Assembly (NCBI GenBank): GCA_027330985.1
Contig: DAHVZI010000002.1
Span: forward strand, 139,162 to 203,161
Source: Candidatus Uhrbacteria bacterium
GTDB taxonomy: Bacteria > Patescibacteriota > Patescibacteriia > 2-12-FULL-60-25
DNA length: 64,000 nucleotides
Direction: 5' to 3'
Part shown: piece after piece, positions 55,399 through 64,000 of the stretch
How the letters are laid out: every line of letters begins with the position of its first letter
How positions within the stretch are numbered: the stretch's first letter is position 1
Notes under the pieces: generated by a model
Told to the model about the DNA's origin: nothing
The model's input: the letters and a program-made list of their open reading frames with translations, nothing else
The model's database searches: none
Translations under genes and position numbers: made by a program

Positions 55399-56237
55399 GC
55401 GAGGCTTATCCAGTGAAGGTCACGTTCGTCACCGTGGCTTATCGGACGCCGGACCTTATCCGGACGTTGCTTTCAGGTATCGAAAAGTTGGGTTTCGATT
55501 TTCCCTTCGAGTACATATTGGTGAACAACGCACCGGGTGACGGGACGAGCGAGATGGCGCGCGAGAGATTTCCCTGGGTGAAGGTATTGGACGCGCCGGG
55601 AAACGTTGGTTTCGCCGGTGGACATAATATCGCGTTCCGTGAAGCACGGGGTGAGTACATCATGTTCATCAACCCTGATCTGATCGTGTTCAAAGGCGAG
55701 ATGGAGAAATTGCTGGCAGCGGCGGAGCGTCTGCCTAAGTCCGGCATCGTCGGTCCGCGCCTCATGTATCCCAACCATGAGATGCAGCGCTCGTTCCATC
55801 GTTATCCGAAGCTCATGACGCCGGTTTATCGCCGTACGTTCCTGGGGCGTACATCATGGGGGAAGCGACACGTGGACTGGTACTTCATGCGGGATGTGGA
55901 TGAGAAAAAGACGATAGATGTAGACGGCATCTTCGGGGCGGCGTGTCTGATCAGACACGATGTGCTTAAGGAGGTCGGATTTTTCGATGAGCGCTATTTC
56001 ATGTATTTCGAGGATGTGGATCTATGTAGACGCACACGCGAGAAGGGCTGGCGCGTAATCTATTTTCCAGACGCGGTTTTCGTGCATTATCACACGCGCG
56101 AAAGCAAAGTTTCTCGCCCTTGGCTCATCCTGACCAACCGCCTGGCTCGCGCACATATCTCAAGCGCGGTAAAATACTTCTGGAAGTTCCGCGGCAAGGC
56201 TCTGCCTGCCGTGCCCGAGCCGATACATGAAACATAA
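55386..56237 (+). CDS. family-2 glycosyltransferase
   Basis: VTVAYRTPDL, ILVNNAPGDGT, DVDLC motifs. The start overlaps the upstream gene. Confidence 0.7.
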   Translation: MVRMSEAYPVKVTFVTVAYRTPDLIRTLLSGIEKLGFDFPFEYILVNNAPGDGTSEMARERFPWVKVLDAPGNVGFAGGHNIAFREARGEYIMFINPDLIVFKGEMEKLLAAAERLPKSGIVGPRLMYPNHEMQRSFHRYPKLMTPVYRRTFLGRTSWGKRHVDWYFMRDVDEKKTIDVDGIFGAACLIRHDVLKEVGFFDERYFMYFEDVDLCRRTREKGWRVIYFPDAVFVHYHTRESKVSRPWLILTNRLARAHISSAVKYFWKFRGKALPAVPEPIHET

Positions 56238-58443
56238 AGCTCCAAATTTTTTGACCTGTCCGATATATCCGGATTCACCTTCGCCTGAAAAGCATGAGGA
56301 AGAGGTTAGGCGTGCCGAAGCCGCAAAAGAAACGCCTAAGGCCAATAGCCCTGTGCCGCAGGAGTCTTTCGCGTTGAGGCCCGTGCTTCAAACGGGTGCG
56401 TCCCAAGACAACGCAAAGCACCCAGGTCACGCATCGGATGACAGGCGGGGGTCAAGCGAAGGGAAGAAGACCGGTGGGGCGGGCCCGAAATTCGGAGTGA
56501 GAAAATTGATCTTGGCGGGAGTCATGGCCATCATATTGATCATGGCCATCTTTACGGTTCCGGCTGTCGTAGCCGGCGTGCAGGCTTTGATACGTTTCAA
56601 TTCCGCAAAGGTGGCTTTGAATGATGCGGCAGATAGCCTCAAGAAATTGGATGTCGGAGGTGCTGCGGATAAATTGGATGAAGCTCGCAACGAACTCACT
56701 GCGGCGCAGGACGACCTGAAGGGCGTCGGTTTTTGGCGGGATATGCCGGGTGTCGGCGTACAGATCAAAGGTTTGGAAGGTGCGACTGCAGCGGGTATCA
56801 GTACCCTCGATGGCGTAGGCGATCTGTTGCAGGTGTTCCGCGTAGTGACGGATGCCTTGCAAGTCGGTGCTGAGGCCGAAGGCAGCGTGCCGCAAGTCGG
56901 TGCGACCCGGAGCTTCGGCGATCTGTCGCCGCAGGAAAAGCATGACATGCTGCAGAAGCTGAATGACGCGCTGCCTAAATTGCGTTTGGCACGGGACAAC
57001 ATCGATTTGGCCATGGAACTCTGGAGCCGTGTCCCGCAGGATGAGCTTTATGCGCCGCTCAAGAGCGCACTCAAACCTTTGGCCGATAATCTGCCGGTTC
57101 TGCGCCAAGCGCTCGATCAGTCGGTGCCTTTGGCGGAAGTGTTGATCCCGCTCGCCGGTTATCCCAACCAGATGCATTATCTGTTGCTTTTACAGAACAC
57201 CGACGAGATACGTCCGACGGGTGGTTTCATCGGCAATATCGGCCTCATGACATTGGATGCCGGAGAGATGACGGATATCTCATTCGCCGATGTCTATAAG
57301 CTGGACGGTCCGGCGGAAGGAAGATGGAAGGCAGCGCCGCCCTTACCCATCAAAGAACGATTGGGCTTGTCGACATGGTATTTCCGTGACGCCAACTGGT
57401 CGCCTGATTTCCCCACATCAGCCGAGACCCTGTTGGATTTCTATTCCGGTGAGCTTGCGTCGTATGGCGTCAAGGATCCGAATCCTCCGACAGCGGTCAT
57501 TGCGTTGAATCCGTCCTTCTTCAAATCGTTGTTGCATCTGACGGGTGCGTTGGAGGTTGATGGGAAGATCTTCGACGAGAACAACTTCTTCGATCAGATC
57601 CAGTACGAAGTGGAGCAGGGATTCTTCAAGGAGGGCGTGCCGGTTTCGGAGCGCAAAGCCATCATCTCGAAGTTGGGTGAGCAGATGGTATCCAAGATAG
57701 AAGCATTGCCGGCAGCGCGTTGGGGGGATCTCTTGGATATCGCGACGAAATCCTTGGAGCGCAAACAGATCATGGCATATGCGCGTGATCCCGCCGTGCT
57801 TTCGGTCTTGGACAAGCGCGGTTGGACGGCGCGGGCCAAACCGACACAAGACGACTATCTCTGGATCGTGGATGCGAACCTGGCGGCGCTCAAGACCGAT
57901 GGTGTGATGGACAAGAACGTGAAGTATGAACTTGATGCGACCGATCCGCAGGGTCCGGTGGCGACCGTCACCCTGACATATAAGAACACGAACAAGATCA
58001 TCGACTGGAGATATACGCGTTACAGAAGCTATACGCGCGTCTATGTGCCTGACGGCAGCCAGTTGATATCATCTTCCGGTGCCATGAAGGACGACCGCTA
58101 TAAGACAGGGGGTGTCGCGGTGCCGGGTCGCGTGGATGTGACGCATGAGTTGGGCAAGACCGTGTTCGGTGCGTTCTGGTCCATCGAACCGGGACAGACG
58201 GGTACGCTCCAATACAAATACCGCCTTCCGTCGTCGGTCGCGGAGAAAGCCTCGCAGGGCGGATACATACTGGATTGGCAAAAGCAATCAGGAGCGGATA
58301 AAACGGGATTGACTCTTGACCTCAAATTCGGTAAGAACATAGTGTCTGCCGTACCGGGAGAAGACCAGGAAAAGTGGGGAGATAACCGGTATCAGTATGT
58401 GACGGATTCGTTGGTCGACAGGACGTTCGAGATAAAATTTTAG
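56227..58443 (+). CDS. DUF4012 domain membrane protein
   Basis: TM helix, then the conserved LLLLQNTDEIRPTGGFIGN motif of DUF4012. 738 aa. Confidence 0.6.
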   Translation: MKHKAPNFLTCPIYPDSPSPEKHEEEVRRAEAAKETPKANSPVPQESFALRPVLQTGASQDNAKHPGHASDDRRGSSEGKKTGGAGPKFGVRKLILAGVMAIILIMAIFTVPAVVAGVQALIRFNSAKVALNDAADSLKKLDVGGAADKLDEARNELTAAQDDLKGVGFWRDMPGVGVQIKGLEGATAAGISTLDGVGDLLQVFRVVTDALQVGAEAEGSVPQVGATRSFGDLSPQEKHDMLQKLNDALPKLRLARDNIDLAMELWSRVPQDELYAPLKSALKPLADNLPVLRQALDQSVPLAEVLIPLAGYPNQMHYLLLLQNTDEIRPTGGFIGNIGLMTLDAGEMTDISFADVYKLDGPAEGRWKAAPPLPIKERLGLSTWYFRDANWSPDFPTSAETLLDFYSGELASYGVKDPNPPTAVIALNPSFFKSLLHLTGALEVDGKIFDENNFFDQIQYEVEQGFFKEGVPVSERKAIISKLGEQMVSKIEALPAARWGDLLDIATKSLERKQIMAYARDPAVLSVLDKRGWTARAKPTQDDYLWIVDANLAALKTDGVMDKNVKYELDATDPQGPVATVTLTYKNTNKIIDWRYTRYRSYTRVYVPDGSQLISSSGAMKDDRYKTGGVAVPGRVDVTHELGKTVFGAFWSIEPGQTGTLQYKYRLPSSVAEKASQGGYILDWQKQSGADKTGLTLDLKFGKNIVSAVPGEDQEKWGDNRYQYVTDSLVDRTFEIKF

Positions 58444-58493
58444 TCGTTTTCGGCGCATCATGCACGGTGAGCTGTGAGTGAGTAGCAATATTT

Positions 58494-59498
58494 ATGTTCT
58501 CAAAAAAAATTGGAATCGATCTGGGCACGACAACGGTGCTCGTTTATATCCCCAAAAAGGGGATCGTATTGAACGAACCTTCGGTGGTTGCGGTGTCTTT
58601 GGCCGATAAGCGCGTCTTGGCCGTGGGTAAGGAAGCGAAAGAGATGCTTGGCCGCACCCCTGATACGATCGTGGCACGACGTCCGCTCAAAGATGGCGTC
58701 ATCGCCGACTATCGGACGACCGAGGCGATGCTGCGATATTTCATCAATAAAGCCGTGGGCGGCGTAAGGCTGTTCCGACCCGAAGTCATGGTCGCGGTCC
58801 CGGGCGGCATCACATCGACCGAACGGCGCGCCGTCATCGATGCGACGATCTCCGCGGGCGCACGGGCCGCCTACATCATCAAAGAACCGGTCGTGGCGGC
58901 CATCGGTGCGGATATCCCGATCGGTTCCGCTTCGGGCCACATGATCGTCGATATCGGCGGTGGCACTTCGGAGATCGCGGTCATCTCGCTCGGCGGAATA
59001 GTGTCCTCTTCTTCCGTACGTATCGGCGGCAACAAGATCGACTTGGCGATACAGGAGCATGTCCGCAGGAAATATGGATTGGCGATCGGCGAACGTTCAG
59101 CGGAAGAGATCAAGATACGCATCGGTTCCGCTCTGTATCTGGAAGAGAAGATGGAGATGCAGGCCAAGGGTCGTGACATGATCACGGGTCTGCCGCGCAT
59201 CATAACCGTGACGAGCGATGACGTAACCGATGCCATACAACACGAACTGCAAGGCATCATCGAAGCCGTCAAAGATGTGCTGCATGCCACGCCTCCGGAG
59301 CTTTCAGCTGACGTGATGGAAAAGGGCATGGTGATGTCCGGAGGCACTTCGCAACTGCGCAATCTCGATCGTCTGATCTCGGAAGCCACGGGCGTGCCTG
59401 TATTCATGGCCGATACGCCGCAGCTTTGCGTGGCCAAGGGGACAGGCATCGCTTTGGAGAATCTGGAGAGCTATAAGCGATCGATTTTCAGTTCGTAA
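58494..59498 (+). CDS. mreB: rod shape-determining protein MreB
   Basis: Actin-fold motifs (IGIDLGTTTVLVY, MIVDIGGGTSEIAVIS, MSGGTSQLRNLD). Confidence 0.9.
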   Translation: MFSKKIGIDLGTTTVLVYIPKKGIVLNEPSVVAVSLADKRVLAVGKEAKEMLGRTPDTIVARRPLKDGVIADYRTTEAMLRYFINKAVGGVRLFRPEVMVAVPGGITSTERRAVIDATISAGARAAYIIKEPVVAAIGADIPIGSASGHMIVDIGGGTSEIAVISLGGIVSSSSVRIGGNKIDLAIQEHVRRKYGLAIGERSAEEIKIRIGSALYLEEKMEMQAKGRDMITGLPRIITVTSDDVTDAIQHELQGIIEAVKDVLHATPPELSADVMEKGMVMSGGTSQLRNLDRLISEATGVPVFMADTPQLCVAKGTGIALENLESYKRSIFSS

Positions 59499-59544
59499 GG
59501 ATCAAGGGCGCGAAGGAGTCCCGTGCATTGACGCGCGGGCTTTT

Positions 59545-60324
59545 TTGGTCTACTTTCCCAGCGGAGGTAAAGGTATGCCTGCACCCAAGAAATCACGCCG
59601 CAAGCTGTTCGACCCGACGTCCGACAAGCCGTACGAGCTGAGCCGCAGCAAGCTCGACCTGTTGATGCGCTGTCCAAGGTGTTTCTACCTGGATCGTCGC
59701 CTCGGCATCAAGCGTCCCTCCGGTGCGCCGTATACGCTCAATAACGTCGTCGACACGCTCCTCAAGAAGGAGTTCGACATCCATCGCGTCGACGGTTCGC
59801 GCCATCCGCTCTTTGATCAGTACGGTATCGATGCCGTCCCATTCGAGCACGAGGAATTGGACACCTGGCGCGACAACTTCAAAGGCGTGCGTCACCTTCA
59901 TCCCGGCACCAACCTGATCCTCACCGGCGCCGTCGATGATCTCTGGGTTAGGCCTGTCGCCAAGAAGTTGGTGGTAGTGGACTACAAGGCGACGGGTAAG
60001 GAAGCGACGGTGACCGCTCTCGACGATAGCCCATGGCACGATGGCTACAGGCGGCAGATGGAGATTTACCAGTGGCTCCTGCGCCGCAACGGGTTCGACG
60101 TCGACGACACGGGATATTTCGTCTATTGCACGGGAAAGGCTGACCGGTCAGCCTTCGACGGCAAGATCGAGTTCGATATCGCGGTGATCCCTTACGTCGG
60201 CGACGACAAGTGGGTCGAGCCGCTCGTGCGCAAGGCCAAGCGGATCCTCATGGCGGATGCGCCTCCTGCATCCGCCAAGGCCTGCGAGTACTGCAGCTAT
60301 GTCTCACAGGCGTCCGGCGTCTAG
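59545..60324 (+). CDS. PD-(D/E)XK nuclease superfamily protein with Cas4/RecB-like Cys cluster
   Basis: D...VVVDYK motif (motif II/III). N-terminal CPRCFY and C-terminal CEYCSY Cys pairs, as in Cas4/AddB Fe-S nucleases. No CRISPR context. Confidence 0.5.
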   Translation: MVYFPSGGKGMPAPKKSRRKLFDPTSDKPYELSRSKLDLLMRCPRCFYLDRRLGIKRPSGAPYTLNNVVDTLLKKEFDIHRVDGSRHPLFDQYGIDAVPFEHEELDTWRDNFKGVRHLHPGTNLILTGAVDDLWVRPVAKKLVVVDYKATGKEATVTALDDSPWHDGYRRQMEIYQWLLRRNGFDVDDTGYFVYCTGKADRSAFDGKIEFDIAVIPYVGDDKWVEPLVRKAKRILMADAPPASAKACEYCSYVSQASGV

Positions 60325-60441
60325 CCGAAACGACATCGAGCCCCGGTCAGCACAAACTGTGCGCCGGGGCTCTTGCTTTTGATAAGCAAACGAACGGAGG
60401 TTGTCCGTTCGTGAGCGCGACGTGAGTCGTCGCGAGGTAGG

Positions 60442-60966
60442 TCAGCCGTGTCTCGGTGTCTTGAGGCCGTTCGCGCTCAATACATCGAGGTCGAAGCAGA
60501 CGGCCATGATGGCATCGCCTTGGCTTACGGGGAAGTAGTAGTCAAGGAAATTCCTGTCCTGGACGACTAACGGACTGCCCGCGTCCAAAGATTGCAGCAG
60601 ATCGCGGTAAGCCTGGACGTAGAGGTGCTCATCCACCATCAAGCGGCTGAAAAAAGCTTGGGCTTCGGTCAGCGTCGATACGTCGGCCAGTGTAGTGTTG
60701 GCCGAGTAGTCGTGCGCCGCTTGGCATTTCCACCAGACGTTAACGATGGGGTGACGTTCATCGCGTGTTCCGACATCAGGGTCGGTCGAGCTGCGTTCGT
60801 ACAGCAGGGAGATGAGGAACGCATTCTCATCCGCATGTCCGAAATGCATCCGTAGGACGCGTTTCCCGGCGAAGTGGACGGCCAGGATATCGGCGTAGCA
60901 GAGGGTGATGGTTGGAGCTGAACGACTGACTGGGCGAAAAGTACGTTCTTGCATGGCGACGGGCAT
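60442..60966 (-). CDS. hypothetical protein
   Basis: 174 aa from the internal ATG (MPVAMQERTF). The longer track ORF to 61509 would read through the palindromic repeat element and is rejected. Confidence 0.4.
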   Translation of the reverse strand: MPVAMQERTFRPVSRSAPTITLCYADILAVHFAGKRVLRMHFGHADENAFLISLLYERSSTDPDVGTRDERHPIVNVWWKCQAAHDYSANTTLADVSTLTEAQAFFSRLMVDEHLYVQAYRDLLQSLDAGSPLVVQDRNFLDYYFPVSQGDAIMAVCFDLDVLSANGLKTPRHG

Positions 60967-61009
60967 ACAGTAGGCACGATGTAGGTTGGGGGTCAAGAGA
61001 GGGGGGTGA

Positions 61010-61102
61010 CCAGATGAAAATGGTTTTTTGGGCTGCGGAACCCCCCGCACTTCGCGAAAGGCGGGGTCAAACAGTCCTCGCCTCAAAAAACCATTTTCAT
61101 CT
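61010..61102. repeat. palindromic intergenic element, copy B, with perfect 20-bp terminal inverted repeats
   Basis: CAGATGAAAATGGTTTTTTG ... CAAAAAACCATTTTCATCTG flank the core GCTGCGGAACCCCCCGCACTTCGCGAAAGGCGGGGTCAAAC, which is shared with 18188-18247. Confidence 0.65.
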
Positions 61103-61204
61103 GGTCTTAGAAAGGAAAGAAAAAGGCTGCGGGGCGAGAGTCTCGTTCTTGAAAAATAGTTCGTTTTACGGTACAAGCGTGTTGGCTCTTTTTTTACGGA
61201 GGTT

Positions 61205-61891
61205 GTGATGGATGACGACGACCATGAGACCGACGATGAGGGTCGGGCAGGGAATTCCGGCTGGCCCTTCAGCTCGCTTGTCGGCGTGGCGCCGATAACT
61301 TTCCTTACGTTCGCATTGAGCGTGTGGGTGCTGAACCTGATCCGGTTCAAGTGGCAGATAGATTTGCCGGCTGATTGGCTATTGGATTGGATGCTGTTCA
61401 TCTTCCTGCCATACTTGTGCATCGCTGGGGCCGCGAACAATGGGATCGTCCCACGCGTCTCTGGCCCGGCTTTCATCTGGGTGACGCGATTAATGCTGCT
61501 GGCGAACACGTCCGCGATCCTGTCTTTTCCCGTGTTCCATGCGTGGACGTTCGGTCCGGATCATTGGGATTGCTTTAGGGACCCCGGTATATGGAAAGAA
61601 CATCATCCCGAGGTCGGGGGTAAAGTCAGCGGTTATCTTTGCGACTCGAACCTGCGCGAATGCGTCGTCGGCGTCCTTGCGGAACCAAAGTCGGCGTATA
61701 AGGTAGAGATGGATGTGTTGCCTTGGTATGAGCCGCACTTCGCCGTCGATGAGGAAGACTGCAGGAATATGGTCGCACGACCGTTCAGCGGTGAGGCTTT
61801 GCCAGCCATCGGGCGCCGAGTCGTCATCAAGCGTGAACTCTGCACGACCCTACGCCGACTTCCGCCTGGCACTTTCCGTGTTTCGCCTTAG
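61205..61891 (+). CDS. hypothetical membrane protein
   Basis: 228 aa. Asp-rich N-terminus and three or four TM helices. Confidence 0.45.
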   Translation: MMDDDDHETDDEGRAGNSGWPFSSLVGVAPITFLTFALSVWVLNLIRFKWQIDLPADWLLDWMLFIFLPYLCIAGAANNGIVPRVSGPAFIWVTRLMLLANTSAILSFPVFHAWTFGPDHWDCFRDPGIWKEHHPEVGGKVSGYLCDSNLRECVVGVLAEPKSAYKVEMDVLPWYEPHFAVDEEDCRNMVARPFSGEALPAIGRRVVIKRELCTTLRRLPPGTFRVSP

Positions 61892-62073
61892 GGCAGCACG
61901 GTGTATCGCCGTTCCGGATCCTTTCGGGGCGGCGTTTTCTTTATCATGCTATAATCGCCTTGATTATGTCCCGTTAGAAGTCCGACGGGACGCATAAGCA
62001 TGCCTCAGTCGAAGAGGACTTAAGTCTGGAGTGATTGTCTGTCGAGATTTTAACTTAATACTTCTAACGGGAT

Positions 62074-63201
62074 ATGATGATCGGAATAGAGGCGACGCGC
62101 GCCAACAAACCCGGCAAAACCGGGGTAGAATGGTACGCTTGGCATATAATCCAAGAGCTCAAGACCCTGACCGCTGGCGACGGGAATTCATGGATCCTTT
62201 ATTCGAATAAGCCGTTGACCGGGGGGTTGGAGAAGTTACCGGAAAATTGGTATGAAGTGCGGCTAAAATGGCCGCTGCCTTACGGTTGGACGCAGATCCC
62301 TTTTTCATACGAGCTCCATCGGCACAAGATAGATGTCTTGTGGATGCCGGGGAGCACATTGCCGAGGATTTTTCCGGCCAAGACGGTCGTGACCGTCCAT
62401 GACATCGGCTTCCATCGCTTGCCTCATCTGTACAAAAAACGTCAGGTCCATATCCACGAACGGGCGATGAAGGAGATCGCGAAAAAGGCGGCGCGAGTGA
62501 TCAGCGTCTCGGAATTTTCCGGACGCGAGATCTCCGAAGCCTATGGGATCAACTCGAATAAAATCGCCATCGCCTATAACGGCATAGATCATGGGACGTA
62601 TAAACAGATCAAAGATGGGGATGCGGTGGAAGAGAGATTACGGCGCTATCGCGTCAACCAACCGTTCTTTTTGGCCATCGGCAGACAGGAGGCGAAGAAG
62701 AACATCGCCATGCTGGTCAAGGCATTCACGCAATTCAAGGTTCGCCGTGGCGTAGGCGATCCTTTCAAACTTGTGTTGATGGGACCGCAGGGATTCGGAT
62801 ACGAAGACATCAAACGCGAAATAGCGAATTCGAGCGTCAAATCCGACATCCTTGAGTTGGGATATGTGCCGGAGGTTGATAAACCGTACATAATCTCGGC
62901 GGCGCACGCCTTGATCCATCCTGCATTCTACGAGGGGTTCGGCATCCCGCCGATCGAAGCGATGGCCTGCGGTACGCCGGTGATTTCGTCGAATGCCGCT
63001 TCATTGCCCGAGATCATGGGCGACGCGGCCCTGTATTTTTCGCCGGAAGAACCGGAACAGCTGATAGGCATGATGGACAGGCTGATCCAGGAGCCGAATC
63101 TGCGGACAACGCTCTCGACGGCTGGTCTTGAGATGGCGAAACGCTATACATGGAAATCAGCAGCCGAGAAGATCTTGCCGGTACTTACACGATGGGCGTA
63201 G
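62074..63201 (+). CDS. family-4 (GT-B) glycosyltransferase
   Basis: EGFGIPPIEAMACGTPVISSN E-x7-E motif region typical of GT4. Confidence 0.8.
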   Translation: MMIGIEATRANKPGKTGVEWYAWHIIQELKTLTAGDGNSWILYSNKPLTGGLEKLPENWYEVRLKWPLPYGWTQIPFSYELHRHKIDVLWMPGSTLPRIFPAKTVVTVHDIGFHRLPHLYKKRQVHIHERAMKEIAKKAARVISVSEFSGREISEAYGINSNKIAIAYNGIDHGTYKQIKDGDAVEERLRRYRVNQPFFLAIGRQEAKKNIAMLVKAFTQFKVRRGVGDPFKLVLMGPQGFGYEDIKREIANSSVKSDILELGYVPEVDKPYIISAAHALIHPAFYEGFGIPPIEAMACGTPVISSNAASLPEIMGDAALYFSPEEPEQLIGMMDRLIQEPNLRTTLSTAGLEMAKRYTWKSAAEKILPVLTRWA

Positions 63202-63207
63202 AGAAAA

Positions 63208-63276
63208 TTACGAATGACGAATGACGAATGACGAATTGTTGGAAGGGGTTGGGTTAATTACGAATTACGAATTGAC
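63208..63276. repeat. short tandem heptamer repeats (ACGAATG x3, ACGAATT, then TTACGAA x2)
   Basis: Direct repeats immediately downstream of the GT4 stop and upstream of a TTGACA box and the TrmB-like gene. Confidence 0.6.
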
Positions 63277-63282
63277 ATCGGT

Positions 63283-64000
63283 ATGCATGAGGCGACATTG
63301 AGGTTGTTGGAACTTGGGTTGAGCAATAAAGAGGCAAGCGTGTATCTTGCGATGTTGGAGATCGGACCAGCTGGCGTACAGGATATAGCGCAGAAAGCCG
63401 GGGTAAACCGCTCGACGACTTATCTGACATTGGATGAACTAAAGAAGCGGGGGTTGGCTTCATCCAGTACGGAGAACAAAAAGACCCTGTTCACGGCGGA
63501 ATCGCCCTCGCGACTTTCTGCTGTCTTGAACAGGGAACGTGATGAGCTGGAGAGCAGGAAGAAGAAACTGCAGGAATCGATTCCTTATTTCATGGCGCTC
63601 TACAATGCGATCGATGACAAACCGCAGGTCAGGTTCTTTGAGGGCGAAGAGGGGATAGTGGCCTTGCGGGAATTCATGGCCCAATCCAGAGGGGAATATC
63701 TGAGCTTCACCGCGATCGATGAAGGGACGTTGCGCATGGCCAACATCAATCCTGCACAACGTCTCAAGATGTCGCGTAAAGTGCATGGGAGGTATATTTT
63801 TTCGTTGAAGCCTAAGTTCGCGATCCCGAAGATGGATCTGACGAATTGGCAGGTCAAACAGCTCCCGTACGGCGCTTATCCTTTTACGGGCGAGATAAAT
63901 ATCGTGGATAATAAAGTCGCGGCCTATGTGGTCAAGAACAAGCCGCTCGGGATCTTGGTCGAGAACAAAGAGATGACGGATCTGTTTCGCGCCATGTTCA
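63283..64000 (+). CDS. TrmB-family transcriptional regulator (3'-truncated at window edge)
   Basis: Not in the ORF track because it is open-ended. My translation gives MHEATLRLLELGLSNKEASVYLAMLEIGPAGVQDIAQKAGVNRSTTYLTLDELKKRGL..., the TrmB N-terminal HTH. Confidence 0.6.
   Translation, partial: MHEATLRLLELGLSNKEASVYLAMLEIGPAGVQDIAQKAGVNRSTTYLTLDELKKRGLASSSTENKKTLFTAESPSRLSAVLNRERDELESRKKKLQESIPYFMALYNAIDDKPQVRFFEGEEGIVALREFMAQSRGEYLSFTAIDEGTLRMANINPAQRLKMSRKVHGRYIFSLKPKFAIPKMDLTNWQVKQLPYGAYPFTGEINIVDNKVAAYVVKNKPLGILVENKEMTDLFRAMF

Noticed and set aside
60967-61509. N-terminal extension of ORF 60442..61509 (355 aa)
   Set aside because: The extension reads straight through the 93-bp palindromic repeat element and is Ser/Pro/Arg-rich. 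The gene is more plausibly 60442..60966 from the internal ATG.
63208-63276. Heptamer repeats as a CRISPR array
   Set aside because: The units are 7 nt direct repeats without spacers, far too short for CRISPR. No cas genes are present.

Overview
This 64-kb window looks like it comes from a small-genome bacterium. The gene repertoire is reminiscent of Patescibacteria/CPR: a short MetRS, an archaeal-type UMP kinase, a truncated TsaB-like protein, two wHTH regulators sharing an 'LFGS(K/R)TR' N-terminus, DUF4012, a standalone rplJ-rplL, and many membrane or secreted orphans. This taxonomic placement is inference only.

By eye the backbone is about 50-55% GC. It is interrupted by at least seven visibly GC-richer islands that encode orphan proteins.

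Recognisable housekeeping genes are cfa, metG, two tandem translationally coupled iPGM (gpmI) paralogs, mutM/fpg, nth, a PAP2 phosphatase, mltG, an SDR, a UvrD/PcrA-family helicase, cyclophilin, xseA/xseB, pyrH, rplJ-rplL with an L10-leader-like 5' region, and mreB. There is also a cell-envelope glycan locus: a processive GT2 with QxxRW, two further GT2s, DUF4012 and a GT4.

I recognised no rRNA, tRNA, CRISPR array, integrase or transposase.

The most notable candidates are:
- a GC-rich three-gene cassette (two paralogous all-helical proteins flanking a zinc-ribbon protein, with duplicated terminator tails) directly downstream of the helicase;
- an AT-rich orphan gene island;
- a wHTH plus PEP-utilising-enzyme phospho-His-domain fusion with a palindromic operator over its start codon;
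- a nucleotidyltransferase gene inserted between xseA and xseB;
- a truncated MetK-like protein next to a SAM methyltransferase;
- a repeated palindromic intergenic element (two copies, one with perfect 20-bp terminal inverted repeats) and related small hairpins.

Coordinates of CDS follow the supplied ORF track, with internal start choices derived by codon offset. Features I placed by eye may be off by 1-2 nt.
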